Positions 49,955 through 63,690 of a stretch of 64,000 bases of DNA are shown here, one piece after another (position 1 is the first letter of the stretch; each line of letters begins with the position of its first letter). The position numbers and the translations under genes are program-made. The notes below the pieces were generated by a model. The model worked only from the letters and a program-made list of their open reading frames with translations, did no database searches and was not told the DNA's origin. The DNA comes from Negaprion brevirostris (lineage: Eukaryota): contig JARDVH010000132.1 in the NCBI GenBank assembly GCA_030324005.1, forward strand, positions 74,193,702 through 74,257,701, given 5' to 3'.

Positions 49955-51394
49955 TGTTTTGGTTAGACCTCAGAGAGTTTCTCCACCTTGTCACAGCAGC
50001 ATGGACCAAAAGTCTCTACTCAAACCTTGTCCAATTTNNNNNNNNNNACTAACCTACTGTGCATACTAATTATTTTCTGCTTTTCTTGGACAGGTGCAGC
50101 ATCCCATAAATCTCATTTGAAATTGTATTTATTCTGTGCTTCTTGTTCGTATTGCTGGTGCAAATAAAAAACGACTGCTACACCAAATATGAAGAACCGA
50201 GCCATAAATTCATGATTAAATCCATGACTCTGTAACACTAACTGTCATTATTTAATTATGACCCTAGCGTGCTTTGNNNNNNNNNNNNNNNNNNNNNNNN
50301 NNNNNNNNNNNNNNNNNNNNNNNNNNNNNNNNNNNNNNNNNNNNNNNNNNNNNNNNNNNNNNNNNNNNNNNNNNNNACTGATAGTCTGCCACTTCTGGGT
50401 AGGTTGCCGTGACCACCCCCTACCTTCACTCCCAAAGAAAATTCGTCCACCAAAATTGTTGGGAGGTGGGAAACTATTGGGAACTGGTTTGTCGCTTGGC
50501 ACTGCAATTCTCCCAACATGCCCACTTCCAAACTTGGCTTTGCTTTGTGATGAAATTTCAGCCCAAAACTCCAAAGAAACTGAAACAGTTAGTTTGGGAA
50601 CTCGAAACAAAACAGCCCCGAGCTTTTTCTAATATGTGAAAACAAGTAGTTGCATGGAAAGTGCAATGCAATGTAAACTAATGCAAAAGGATAATCCTGG
50701 GGCAACGTTATGGAATAGTTTATACTCTAAATTATGATCCAGCAATAGCTGATGGAGAGTCAAGTGTTTCATGCTATTTCTTTCTCAGTCTTTGCAGTTT
50801 AGTTTCTCACACTGTGTTGTGTATTTCTGCGCTATGTTCTTTTGCACTCTGCCATTTTGCTCTCTCTCCTCTACCAATGCAACACACTCTATTATTCTCA
50901 CACATCACTTTGTCTTTCCCAAATATTTTTTCTTTTGCTCACTATTTTTGTTGTTTGTTTTTATCTCTGCTGTTTCACTCCCTCACAGGGTTTTCTGGTT
51001 AAAAGCTAGCCTGCCTTTAGGGCCTCAGACAGCTTGCTTACAGTGGCAAGTTTTTGGGCCCCATTACCAAATCAAGTGCTGCTCCACGTGCAAGATGACA
51101 TTGATGGTCTGAACCCATGCCAGGTGTGATGGGAATGCCGGGGTCCACTCTGCCCCTTATTCCTCAGATGATTACCTAAGGGCCTTACTGGAGGTGGTAA
51201 ATGTCCGACTGTTATATATTTAACTGGTTGCATGCTTGCCTTAGGAATGGTCACATGATTTGATGGTGATGTCACTGGGGTGTTTCACAGGCTCCTGTTT
51301 GGTTTCAGTTAGCACTCTGTACAGGCAACAGCTCCTACAAAAAATCTCTTGCTGTAATTTTGAATCTACGTGCACAAACCACGTCTTTGTCTAA

Positions 51395-51632
51395 GCACTG
51401 CCTGTAAACTCTGCCTGCTGAGTAATGGTGCCTTCTCTAGACCATTCTGCCTTGTTCTTCCTACTGTCCTGCACCCCATCCAACTGTGGCTCTTGGCCAT
51501 TGGTCTGGACAGTTGCGGCTCTCATTTTTGGCCTTCCTCTGACATTTCCTGTCTCGTTATGCTCCTCGACCAGCATTGCGGTTGGGGGGTGGAAAGGTGG
51601 TGGCAGAAAAATCATGGCCAACATCACATCAT
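51395..51632 (-). mobile_element. Possible Harbinger transposase N-terminal remnant
   Basis: RRHHYSAGRVYRQCL resembles the Harbinger N-terminal RR.Y...RVYR.R motif. Confidence 0.35.
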
Positions 51633-52002
51633 CTGAAATGTAAAAAGAAAATCCTCCTGGAAAGCTTGAATTTGGAAGTCTAATGATATCTGTTACTCAA
51701 GACAATCTAGCTACATTTGTTAAAAATGCCTATTCCGTGATTAAGCAGAATATAACGCACACAACTCCACAATTCAGTTTCTTTTACTGGTCAACGTGAG
51801 TTGTGTCTGGACTGTATATATTAAGCTTGGCAATGAGATGAGCTGACAGAGAAGGCGATTCACAATGATTCATTAACCTTATGCTTTCTATGAGAGAATA
51901 AGCTCGCATGACATTGCCTGTCATCTCAAATGAGCAATAGTGAATGTGGTACGTTAAGTATGAAAAGAACATACATTTTTTGTAAAGTTACATAAACATT
52001 TA

Positions 52003-52172
52003 TAACCAGTATCGCACACTTTTAGACTGTGGGAAGAAACCGGACCACTTGGAGGAAACCTATGCAGATACGGGGAGAATGTGCAAACTCCACCATGTCA
52101 GTCAGTCACCTGAGGCCAGAATTGAACCCTAGTCCCTGGCGCTGCTAGGCAGCATTACTAATCACTGTATTG
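52003..52172 (-). mobile_element. V-SINE 5' half
   Basis: gactgtgggaagaaaccgga...ggggagaatgtgcaaactcc...attgaaccc...ccctggcgctg. Confidence 0.82.
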
Positions 52173-52663
52173 CACAACAAAAGCAGAACAGTTTTAATGT
52201 GCTGTGAAACCCAGTGATCAGGGTTTAAAAAAAATAAATACCCCAACTATCTATGGACTGATACAAAATTATAACACTACAAAATAAAGGCAGCTCTTTT
52301 CTGTCTAAAATCTCTCAGCATAATCTGGCAAGTGTCAACTATGGCAAGTGCATTTAATGCCTGCATGCTAAATATCAAGCAAGAACAAATGGAAATCCTC
52401 TTCAATTTGCCTTTGTTATGAGTTTATGATGAATCTTCAGCACAAACAATAGTGAATTCTGGGGCTACAGAGCTCATTAACTCTCATGTTTCCATATTAA
52501 CAAAAATTTGGCAGCTCGGCATGGAAGGAAAACACAGGCAGGTTGGGATCTTCCTGAGAATTACTGTCACATGTCAAACAAATTGGCTTCACCAAGGAAA
52601 TGTAACATCCCCATTCTCTCCTGGCACTGCTTACAGGTTCTACTATTCTAAATTGTAACATTT

Positions 52664-52990
52664 GGGCAGCACGGTGGCACAGTGGTTAGCACTACAGCCC
52701 TGTAGCACTTAGGACTCAGGTTCAATTCTGGCCTCAGGTGACTGACTGGGAGTTTGAACATTCTCCACATGTTTGCATGGGTTTCCTCTGGGTGATTCAC
52801 TGTTTCCTCCCACTGTCCAAAAATGTCCAGGCTGGGTTGATTGGTCATGGTCAATTGTTACTTTATGTCTGAGTCAATATGTGGTGTTCCGGGGATAGGT
52901 CCTGGGATTGCTATCAGTACAGCTTGATGGGCCCAATGGCCTCCTTCTGCACAGTAGTGATTCTATGATTCTATTCTATTCTATGATTCT
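52664..52990 (+). mobile_element. HE1-like V-SINE, full length
   Basis: gggcagcacggtggcacagtggttagcac...ggcctccttctgcac followed by an (attct/attctatg)n tail. Confidence 0.9.
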
Positions 52991-53745
52991 AGTTCTCTTG
53001 CTCATTCGGTGAATTCTTTCTTCTCTGAAAGATACATTACCGCCTGTGGTACTTGGAATTCTCACAGCATCATATTACTGAATGCTTTTTACCCACACTT
53101 GTTAGTAGAAATCAAATCTGAAAATCAATTTCACAGACAGCACATTTCACAAATGTTAAGATACAGTTCGCAGTTCAACGCCCCTCAACAAATATTCAAA
53201 ATCTGTTACAGAAAATTTAAAACTTCTGTCACTTTTCTGCTAAACAGTGTGTTGAAAGAAAACCCACGGCTAATTTTCTTCTCTCAATTGGCAAACGACA
53301 NNNNNNNNNNNNNNNNNNNNNNNNNNNNNNNNNNNNNNNNNNNNNNNNNNNNNNNNNNNNNNNNNNNNNNNNNNNNNNNNNNNNNNNNNNNTTTTCCCTC
53401 CTCTGTGCTTATTTTCAATGTGAATAAGCTTGCAGGCTGTGTGGGAATGTGTACACAGCACACAGCAGCTCCTGCCCTTTTCTATAAACTCAACTGCTTC
53501 ACGTGTCTGTTCGCATTACTGCAGTCTGAAAACAAGGGCCAGTCTCATGAATGAGTGCTGATGTCAGCAATTTGTGAATGGCACTCAGAGGGGGCTGACC
53601 TGTTACGCTCATTCCTAATGGTGGGATGCAATCACTAGGGAGACACCCTGTTCAATTAACTTTAGAAAGCTTCACAAGACTGCAGCAGTACAAAAATCAT
53701 TTCGAGGCGCTGAACGCAAGAGAACTGATTTTGGCCCGCACAGAT

Positions 53746-53798
53746 ACAAAGAACAAAGAACAGGAACAGGCCCTTCGGCCCACCAAGTCTGTGCCGAA
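53746..53798 (-). mobile_element. CR1 3' tip
   Basis: acaaagaacaaagaacaggaacaggcccttcggcccaccaagtctgtgccga. Confidence 0.7.
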
Positions 53799-56169
53799 GC
53801 CATTTGTTAAAGAGACAGCACTGTTTTTATTGGCTTCTATAGGCTAAACCTGTAACCAAAATAATATGCTCTTTCGTTTATTTTCCTCAGGCCTGTTGAA
53901 CTATCCAAATATACAGTTAGCCAAGTAAGATTCCAATTGCAGAGTGTACAGCAAATAAACCTCTGCTTAGAACTCCTTTTGCATATTGTTTAATATATGA
54001 ATGCATTTTCAAATGAAAGATAAATGGTCTTGTATGAAGTGTTTCAGCTGGTTTTTAATGCAGCTGGAGGGAATTCATTCCTGTACTTGCTCCACTTCCC
54101 CTCAAAATGTTGGAAGTCTGGACAGGAATCTTGTCACCATGTGACTCTTTGCCTTTTCTTTCTATGTGGTTTTAATGATAACACGTAGCAAATGCTACCT
54201 TGCAGACACTTGTCCATATTAACTACTAGCTGTTCAGTACAAAGGAATACTATTCAAGGTACAGTACAGGTTTATGAAAAGATTGCACTTTACAGATATA
54301 ATTCTGATGTATAAGATGCAAACTTTGTCCAAATGAAAGGAATGCTATTAGCTACTGGCTACATAACTTGATAACTGTCAAAAGTTGGACAAATAGGCAT
54401 TAACAATCAGCTGAGAAGATTCTTGTTTTTTTCTTTCTGAATAGTTATGTTATGTATCTTGGCAAACTGACAATCCTTCAGGAATTATTGGATGATTTGC
54501 AAGAAAATTCACAGATCATTAACAAAAAATTGCAGTTAGGCTCCAGACATATTTTAAAATCATTATTTGAAAATGGTGGTTTCCATTATTTAATTGGACA
54601 ATAAATCAAACCTTTTGATATTATGACAATGTGCATCCTTGCCAAAATAAAACTGAACAAGATCAGAAAAAGGAACTCATTCTACAGAATGAGAAATTGT
54701 CTTACTATTCTAGCCAGCAATACCAGTCACTTGTTAGGATACGTTTTGGATCAGTCTCTATTTTTTTCATTCCTCCTTTGAATCCACTGATTCTCGTTAT
54801 CATACAATTCCACACAAGGGTATTATAGCCGATGTTATTCCGAAACTGATCCATTCATGTGCAAACAGTGCCTATCATGAGTCTAAAGGCATTAATGAAA
54901 AGCTGATCATTCCTTACACTGTATTTGTCTTGGTTCAATGAGGCCAAACTGTACTGCTGCAATTGTCATTCCACCGCAGTATATTCAGCACAGGCTGTGG
55001 ATTATATCTGGATTTCTTGTGGTCATTATCACCTAATAACTATAACTGCACTGCATTTACACAGTAAGCCATCAGAAGACTCTTGGAGCAGGCTTCATTT
55101 GTACAGTCTCAGAATTAATTAAGATTCTTATCATTAAGGTGCTGAACACTAAATGAATGGTAAAATGTTAAAAGTTCTTTCAGTTTTCTTCCATATCATT
55201 TGCTGTTGTGCTGGATTGGTGATGCAGCAATGAGTTCAAATGACCCTGGTGATTTTGGGTTTCCTTAACATGTGGATCACATCCAGCCCCCTTTCCTCCA
55301 CTACCCGCAAGAAAGTAGGATATGTTGAGAAATGGGGGTGGGACTTTTGGATCTGGGGTCCTGGCACCATTTTTAATAAGTTGCCAAGTTCCCAATGACT
55401 CAATGTAAATATGGGCCAGTAGATCAGACACTGTCAGGGTAATTTTCCAACTACCAGCAGAGAACTTCACTTATCAAAGGAGCACATATTAGAAATTGTA
55501 CTGTATTGTGATTCACCAAGCATTAGAAAAAAGCTATTAAATTGTGAGCAGGTCAAATGGATTCCTGAATTATCAAGATTCATTCTCAGCATACAAGGCT
55601 TTCGATCAGGATTTAAAAGTTAACAAAAAACAGACCTCTTAATATTTGATGGGCTCCACATGGAACACCCTCGCTGTGATCTTTTGCAGACACATTATTA
55701 GGCTTCCTGAATGGAAGTCTGGTGCACTTATACAAAAAAAAATAGAATTTATGTGGCCTGTTCCCATCATCATTAAGTTATGTTAGATTGAAAAGTAAAA
55801 TTGATATTATTGAATGATTGGTTAACATGCTATTTTGATGGAAGCATTAATTTATTTATTACGGTTTAACAATACCTTTAAAAGAATAGCAAGATTTTTT
55901 TCTAAAGAACTCCATTAGTTATTCAGATGGTGACATTGTCAATAGGTAGTTCCAGCCTTTTATTGACAAGTTAAACTGCATGCACAGCATTAAACANNNN
56001 NNNNNNNNNNNNNNNNNNNNNNNNNNNNNNNNNNNNNNNNNNNNNNNNNNNNNNNNNNNNNNNNNNNNNNNNNNNNNNNNNNNNNNNNNNNNNNNNGCAT
56101 GCACAGCATTAAACACATTACTAATGAATATTACTAAAAATCTATTGTGTTAAAACTTCTTATCTTGAT

Positions 56170-59150
56170 TCTTCTTCTGAGACAGTCCCTCAGAGTCAAG
56201 GATGATTTACTTCCATACTAAAAATGAGTTCTCAGGTGACTGAGAAGTCTAATGTGGGACCTATGGTTTCTGTCACAGGTAGGCAGATGGTGGACGGTGG
56301 TGGGGTGCCCAGGTTGCCATGCACTCCTGTTACTGTTCACATTTGCTCTTGGCGATGAAACTCGAGGTGTTCAGCTACTTCCAGGTGCTTTTCCTCCACT
56401 TTGGGTGGTCTTGGGCCAGGAATTCCCAGGTGGCAGTGGGGATGTTGCACTTTTTCAAGGAAGCTTGGGGGTGTCCATGAAGCATTTCTGCTGCCCTCCT
56501 GGGGCATGTTAAAGCTCTGAGTAGAGTGTTAGTTTTGACCTGCCCACAAAGCTGATTGAGCATGGTCAATGTCTTAGTTTTGGGGATGTTGACCTGAGCA
56601 AGAACACTGATGTCAGGTGTGCCAATCCTGCCAATGGATGCAGTGCTGGTTTGTGATGCTTCTCCAGGATTTTGAGGTGCTTGGTCTACATAGTTCATAT
56701 CTTTGAACCATTCGGGGAGTAAATATCACTACTACTCTGTTGGCCATGTGCTGCCTCTGAGGTCCTGAACTTCAAACACACACTTCCTCAGCTGACTGAA
56801 AGCTGCGCTGGCGCAGTGAAGGCAGTATTCAACCACATCATTGATGTTCACCCTTGTTGACAGTCGGTACCCAAGGTATGGAAAAATTCCACTTTGTCCA
56901 AGGCCTCATTTTGGATTTTGATAACCAGGGTGGAGAGCAGTGCTGAAGGGTGGGGGGCAGGTAAGTAGAGCACCTTCATCTTACAGATGTTCAGTATAAG
57001 ACCCATGCTTTTGTATGCTTCAAGGGACTCCCGATGATTTAGAGGAAGTGTATGCAGACACAAGCATCATCTGTTCAATAACAAAGGATGGGATGACCTT
57101 GGGTCTAGTCTACAGACAATGGAGTTTGAACAGATTCCTGTTTGTTTTATAATTTAGCCCCAATCCAGTGGGAAGATTTTTGAGGGTGAAATGGGAGCAT
57201 TTCAGCCAGAAAGATCAAGAAGAGCATCAGCGTGATGACACAGCCTTGCTTGAACCCAATCCAAATACAAATTGGGTCTGTGGTGGATCCATTGTTTAGG
57301 ATCACAGCTTGCATGTCATCATGGAGCAGACGGAGGATGGTGACAAACATTTGGGGCAGCTGAAAGAGCGGAGGACACTCTGTAATCCCTCAGGATTGAC
57401 TGTGTTGAAGGACTTTGTGAGGTCAAAGAAAGCCATGTAGAAGGATTGGTGCTGTACCCTGCATTTCTCTTGCAGTTTCTGTGGTGAAGATCATGTTCAT
57501 TGTGTCCCTCAGTGGGTAGAATCCACATTGCAACTCTGGGAGGAACTCTTCAGTCACAGGGCGAATGTGAGTAATAGGAAAACACTTGTGATGATCTTCC
57601 CTGTGGCTGACAACAGGGAAATTCCTCTGTAGTTACTGCAATCGGACCTGTCATCGTTCTTGAAGATGGTCATGAGTGTGGCATTTCTGATATCTTCTGT
57701 CATCTCCTCCTTTCAGACAAGGGAAATAAGGTCATGAATTTGCACCAATTGTGTTCCTCCCCATGTTTTAGTGTTTCAGCGGGGATTCCACTTGCTCCTA
57801 ATGTTGTAGTTCTTTATCTGTTGGAGTGCCTGTATTACNNNNNNNNNNNNNNNNNNNNNNNNNNNNNNNNNNNNNNNNNNNNNNNNNNNNNNNNNNNNNN
57901 NNNNNNNNNNNNNNNNNNNNNNNNNNNNNNNNNNNNNNATGACCTTCTGCTGGGTTGGAGTTATGCTGAGGTGGTGATGGGTAGCATGCTGTAGGATGGA
58001 GTTGAGGATTCTCAAGTTGAAGACAGGAGTTTTCAAAATATATCTTCCAAGGTTGCTGACTGCCTCTCCTTTCTTGACCAGCAGTGGGTGGGAGCCTTGG
58101 TACTTGGGTTATAGGTGGTCTTGATTGTATTAAAGAAATCTCATGCATCATGGTTGTTGGCTAACTGCTGGATCTCCTGCTCTTTCTCCACTGATCGCCT
58201 ATTTTTAGGCCCCAAGTTTCTTACTGGATTTCAGCCTTCAGTGGAGCTGCTTTCTTGTTCTCGAGCAGGATTGCTGTTTCAGATACAATAAAGCTTTGTG
58301 CTTGCAGTTTATCAGCTCCAGGTGTCTTGATCATTCTCATCAAACCAGTCATGATGTTTCCAGGTTGAGTGACCAAGCATCCCTTTGCAGGTGCTGGTTT
58401 TGGGCTAGGGTGAGCCAAAGGGTCAAGAGGAGCTGGTTTATCCCATAAGGGGACTCTCTGGGTTGGCCAACTAATTCCTTTTTAATGGTAAAACCAACCC
58501 CTTGGAAGTAGTGATCTTCTGTTTTACCTTTCTAGCAGGTGCAACTGCCACCTTTTTAAGAACATAAGAAATAGGAGCAGGAGTAGGCCATCCAGCCCTT
58601 CGAGCCTNNNNNNNNNNNNNNNNNNNNNNNNNNNNNNNNNNNNNNNNNNNNNNNNNNNNNNNNNNNNNNNNNNNNNNNNNNNNNNNNNNNNNNNNNNNNN
58701 NNNNNNNTTATTCCTACCAAAGTGGACCAACTCGCACTTGGTCTTGAGCTGGTCTTCCCCTCCCAATGGGATTCACTCAGTGTGGCGATATTAATGTTGA
58801 AGTGCCTAAGTTCTTGGACTCTGAGAGCAGTACACTATTCCGGTCTGTTGCTGGCATTGTCCGTAAGGGTTCTGACATTCCAGGTCCTAAACTTCATTTG
58901 TAAGGATAGAAATTGCCTGTGCCTAGGTCTTTTAATGTGTGCTGACCATTACACATCAGCTACTACATAGGCCTGATGGAAGGAGGCCTTGTTCCCAGTG
59001 GCAAGAGGGTCAAAAGATGACTGAAGTCCAGACTCTGCTGCATGGACCAAGGGTGTACAAGTACACATATTCCTAACGTCCTCTTCTCTGCTTCCCCCAG
59101 GACCTCTCATACTGGGATACATGAAGCGTAGTGTCGGCCTCATGAGGATA
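56170..59150 (-). mobile_element. RTE-clade LINE, near full-length but decayed and internally deleted
   Basis: Endonuclease start MKFRTWNVRTL..NRPE..A..QELRHFNINIATLSE and GVGFTIK; NYRGISLLSATGK; RT FVTILRLLHDDMQAVIL.NGS.TDP...GFKQGCVI; EAYKSMGLILNICK.KVL; WEFLAQDHPKWR; (aga)n tail at about 56170. Confidence 0.92.
58557..58740 (-). mobile_element. Young 5'-truncated CR1 inserted in the RTE endonuclease region (middle in a gap)
   Basis: KCELVHFGRN at 58708-58740 and the young 3' end at 58557-58607 flank a 100-N gap. The RTE frame (QLK...KGGSCT) is split here. Confidence 0.85.
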
Positions 59151-60071
59151 GCACTGACCTCTGGCGTCTTGCTATTGCTGGTCCTACAGCTCCATTGCTC
59201 CCCTCTAGCCCCTCTGCTCCTTCTTGCTGTTCATGGCCACACTGCTTCTCTCTCACTGTGAATGGCCCTGCTGCTCCTCTCTCAATCTTCTAGGTGATGG
59301 TTACCGCTTCGAGGTCCTCTTCTCACCCACTTTTCTTATAACCACTGATGGGTTGAAAATCCACTGCTCCTCTGGTGCACACAATTCTGCCATTAGCTGT
59401 TGTAGAAGTGTGCTGACATGGCCCACAATGTAGTCTAGAATGAAGATATATGGATTTCTGAATTTATACTGGGTATACCATAGGGCCCAATAAGGGGAAA
59501 TCATATACTCACTTGGACAAGGCAAGTGATACAGGAGGCAGTGAAGCCAGGGGCAGGGATTCTAAATGCTAGGAGCTCCTATGTCTCTCAAATATTGTTG
59601 TATTTTCTACATTGCTACACTAGGCATGCCAGGCTGTCACCTGATGATAAGAAGCACCCAACGCCCAATAAAGAAAAAAGCTTAAACATTTCAAAAGAAA
59701 ACAAAAATCCCCTCCCACCACCTCATTAGTGGGGAACATGAGGGAACATCAACTTCCTGTTCAGAGATGACAACTACCTATTCTCCCTACAACCTCTTGA
59801 AACAAGATGCTGCCTGAGATCGTCTCCTATTGGCAAGTGCACCTCCCATTGACAGGAATGTGAGGGAGCATCTCCTCAGCCTCTGGGGTTATTGGCAGAG
59901 GCATTCTGCCATTTCCTGCTCTAATATGCACACTGTGGACTTTCTGGCTATTGTATATTTATAAACCTGAAAATCAAAAACTATCATAATCACAGTACTA
60001 CAAATGAAGTTGGATGCTTGACACCCCATAAAACTCCTCAAATCAAGTTCCCTGTCAACATTATAAACAAT

Positions 60072-60190
60072 TTTGTAATTTTGCCGTCCTGTCCGCCACA
60101 GGAATCGGAGGCAGGCGAGGAGCAAAGGCTCATTGATCTCGGGTGGGTATTTACATTTTTGGGATGAGTGAGGCCAGAATACCCTGCCTG
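60072..60190. mobile_element. MITE, inverted homolog of 10881-11012
   Basis: aattttgccgtcctgtccgccacaggaatcggaggcaggc...gtgggtatttac...gatgagtgaggcc aligns to the reverse complement of 10881-11012. Confidence 0.6.
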
Positions 60191-62974
60191 TTAAGTTAGT
60201 CAAATATTTTGTCGTTTCCTCTCCTTTAACTTATATTAAATCTTAATGTGCAGCATTTTAACGCTTCTGGGGAGAGATGCAAAGTCTTGATTTCAGCAAG
60301 TTTTATGCAATATTTATTTGGATCTGGGAGTTAGCAAGATCAAGTCTCAAGGCTTGCATTGACCCACCTTTATCTCATTAAACAAAATTTCCTTTTACTT
60401 TTACTGTGCAGTGCTACAATAAAGAATGGAATGCGGGTGAGGCTATACTGCATATTGCTATTTGTGTTAATTAGCCATTGTCCATTTCTCTTCTTATAAT
60501 GCTCCTTTCTTCTTCTTTGCTCTGTTTTTATTCACTACAAATGTCTTGCTTGAATTCAATATAAATTACACAATTGGTCATTAAGGTCCACCTTTCCCTT
60601 TTTGAGGCAGAGTATTGCAGCGGTTAGAGAAAGCAGCGTTGAAGCCCAAGTGGCAGCTTTCTCTGCCATATTGTTCGTAACTAGACAAAATAGGTGAGGG
60701 TGAGTTGCATGACATCACCCCAGCCTACCCTCCTAGCAACTTAGTTTTTTAAAGATCAGGGCACCATTTTTAAAGGCTGCTCGGTACACAAAAGTAAAAT
60801 GAGAACCCCCACACAGACACCACCCTGGCACTGCCCCCACAGGGGGTATAAGGGAAGCAGCACTGAGCTGGATTACAAAGCTGAATTCTACTTTTAGAGG
60901 ATGGAGTTATGAGGATCTCTTTGTAAAACTCAGCTTTTGTCACCCTTGGAAGGAGGTGAATGGAATAAGGTCCTGATAGTGACATGCAAGACAGCAGGTG
61001 AAAATAAGATTCATGAGCATTACTTTGAACTAAACCACAACGAGAGCACAGGGGCCAAAAGTACAAACTGAATTGAACTGATGCCAATATATAGTTCTCC
61101 ATGTAAAAAGTGACAAAGCAATAATGTCTCAGGTTTAACGCGAAGCTACCTCTGTCATTTTGACATCAACCAGGTACACAATGAAGGGTTTGAAATAGCC
61201 GTACCAATACCCAGAGCTAAATTCTGCAAATTATTTTATTTCAAAAGGCAGATTCAAATCCTCATCCCCAGCATTTGGGCCGTGATTCTTTTAATGTGGG
61301 AAATTGAAGATGGATGATTGAACTAAACTTCATCATGTCTTTCCTTCACATTCTGTCCTTCCTCCTCATTTTTAAACAAAAAACCAGAAGCTGCGGGAAA
61401 GTAATTTCTCACTGGAGTGATAGCACTAAACTAAACAGTAGAACTATTTCTATGCTGTTTAGCACAGTTGCAATGGCACAGGAGTCAACTGACTGAGCTT
61501 TTCTATTTTATGTCTGCAAAGCAGAAAATGATTCTTTTTCATCGTCGGTCTCTAACGGACTTTCAGATTTAGATTGAGTGGCTGCTCCATCCATTCCTTT
61601 TGCATCTCCTGAGTTGGGACACTGCTTCTCCAAAGGTCAAGCCGTTGTCACGGCAGTTCTAGGTTTTCCTGTTCCTAATGAATGTCTTTTTTCATTATTG
61701 CAGCTGCTCACATTGGAACACTAACCCAAATGTCTGCATTTAGCACACCACTGGCCAGTGTCCAGAATTCAAGCAGCGTGTGCATACTGCCTACATTGTA
61801 TTTATTTTGCGGATAGTAAACGTGCTGGGGGAATATGCAAAGGGTAGATTGCATGTTAACTGTAAGCCCTGTATGTCAGGAGATGGTAAATTTCAGTTCA
61901 TTCAAAATCAGCTGCCGATCCAAATGAAAGGGCTGTGCTGTAATGGGATCTTGTCGTCATGGATTTCTGGCTCACCAAGAAAAGCTTTCTTTCCCTGAAT
62001 GTGGCACGCTCGAGTCTGTTCAAAAGTGTCTTCATTGTAAAAGTTGCCGCAGATGCAAATCCCCACATCTTTGATTCTCTGAACTGTTCATTTGCAACAA
62101 TGCTGACAATGCCCTTTCTAATTGGTGCAAATTAACTTTCAGACTCTTTACAAATTGAATTAAAATTTGTTTCTGTTCACCCAAATATGGAATGGAAATG
62201 GCGTGAGTTGGGAGAAGGCAAATGAAAAGTCTGCCCATGCAAATCTGATGTGCTGCAATACAGAATGCTCACTGTTTCAGAGAAGAAATGATAGCGTGAT
62301 ATTGAAAGACTTAAATGGCACCTTTATATGATTGATGTTATTTCGACAGCAGTGAAAGGGGGAAAAAAATAAGGTTATCCTGTCAGCAGCGTAAATCACT
62401 TTAGAGGGGGCTGAGTCTCTCAGTCCCATGACTAGCTATTGTGTGTTAGTATCTTAATGCATGGACGTGTTTAACATGACATTCTGCAATGATAGCCACA
62501 GACGGTGTACTTTGTGGAATTATACTGAAGTAATTGCACATCGCAATTGACACAAATCCACCTCCAGCTACATTCAGTGACAAATGCTATGGCTGAGGCG
62601 ATTCACACTGAAAGATTGCATGTATAGTCAGACTGTTGCAAAGTAGTTTTATTTGGTACTATTGTTAAGAAACTGTCATGTAAATCTGGAATTAAATTAT
62701 GAATTAACTGGTGGGAAGTACAGTGAGAATTTTACCTCTAATCATTGTAGTGTAAATTCACTCTAAAACACACCAAAAAATTGCATACATTAAGTGGGAC
62801 AAAAAAATGACCCAAATTAAAATAATATATTTAGAGAAGGAATAAAATACATTATCGAAAGAATAAAACTGACAAAATCACAAGTATATGATACAATTTG
62901 CGGCTGAAGAACTCAGAGTTTTAAGCTAAAACAGGGAGTGGAACTCAGCACAAGTACGTTTTCAAAGATTACAG

Positions 62975-63030
62975 CACAGATATGATGGGCCAAATGGCCT
63001 CTTCTTCTGTGCTGTAATATTCTATGATTT
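62975..63030 (+). mobile_element. CR1/HE1 3' tip
   Basis: gcacagatatgatgggccaaatggcctcttcttctgtgctgtaatattctatgatt. Confidence 0.7.
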
Positions 63031-63574
63031 GAATTGCACATTGATCAGCTATCAGCTTAAAATGTTAGCATTTTATTGTCTAATATTTGCAGTCATAAAA
63101 AGATGCAATCCACTATGTTAGTCCTATAGTGGAAAAAGCTCTGGGAACAGAAATAGAACGAGCTAGAATAGAATCAAGGGTTGCTGCACAAACATTCCAA
63201 TGTAGTTTTCTAAGTACATTTTACTAACAAACACTCAGCCTAATGACCCAAGGCCTTTGACATTAGACAGGGATAGAAAGGACACGACATATTCCTATGT
63301 CAGGTCAGTATGACTAACTATCATTCATTTTGTAGGGGTTGCTGATTAGCAATGTCCCTTCCAAAATGATGCCATTTTACAATTGGGATTGAGAAAAATC
63401 ACAATAAAAGCCATTTTGTTTTGTGAAAATCATGGTAATGAAGAGATTGAGAGTATCAAAACAGTCTAGTGTTTTGGCATGTTGATTGTTTGAGGCTCGT
63501 ACCTTCATTGTCTGGCCTCAGTTAAACCTAGAAACAGCGCACTTCCATCCGAAAACCAAGTTCTCACACTTTAG

Positions 63575-63690
63575 AAAGCTGTCAAGGCTTAGTCTGTGAA
63601 CATTTTCAAGGCTGAGATTGATAGGTTTTTAATCAGTGAGAGACTTAAGGATTACAGAGATAAGGTAAGATAGTAGACTGACACAGTAGC
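63575..63690 (+). mobile_element. CR1 3' fragment
   Basis: agaaagctgtcaaggct...ttttcaaggctgagattgataggtttttaatcagt. Confidence 0.7.

Noticed and set aside
51391-51650. Strong minus-strand acceptor plus a 78-aa ORF as a possible upstream dgkb exon
   Set aside because: No DGK motif (expected [20 protein letters not shown]). It contains RVYRQ, which fits a Harbinger remnant better.
53587-62414. Shared 12-mer agagggggctga (CTCF-like) in both candidate enhancers
   Set aside because: Many repeated 12-mers are expected by chance in 64 kb, and the CTCF match is poor.
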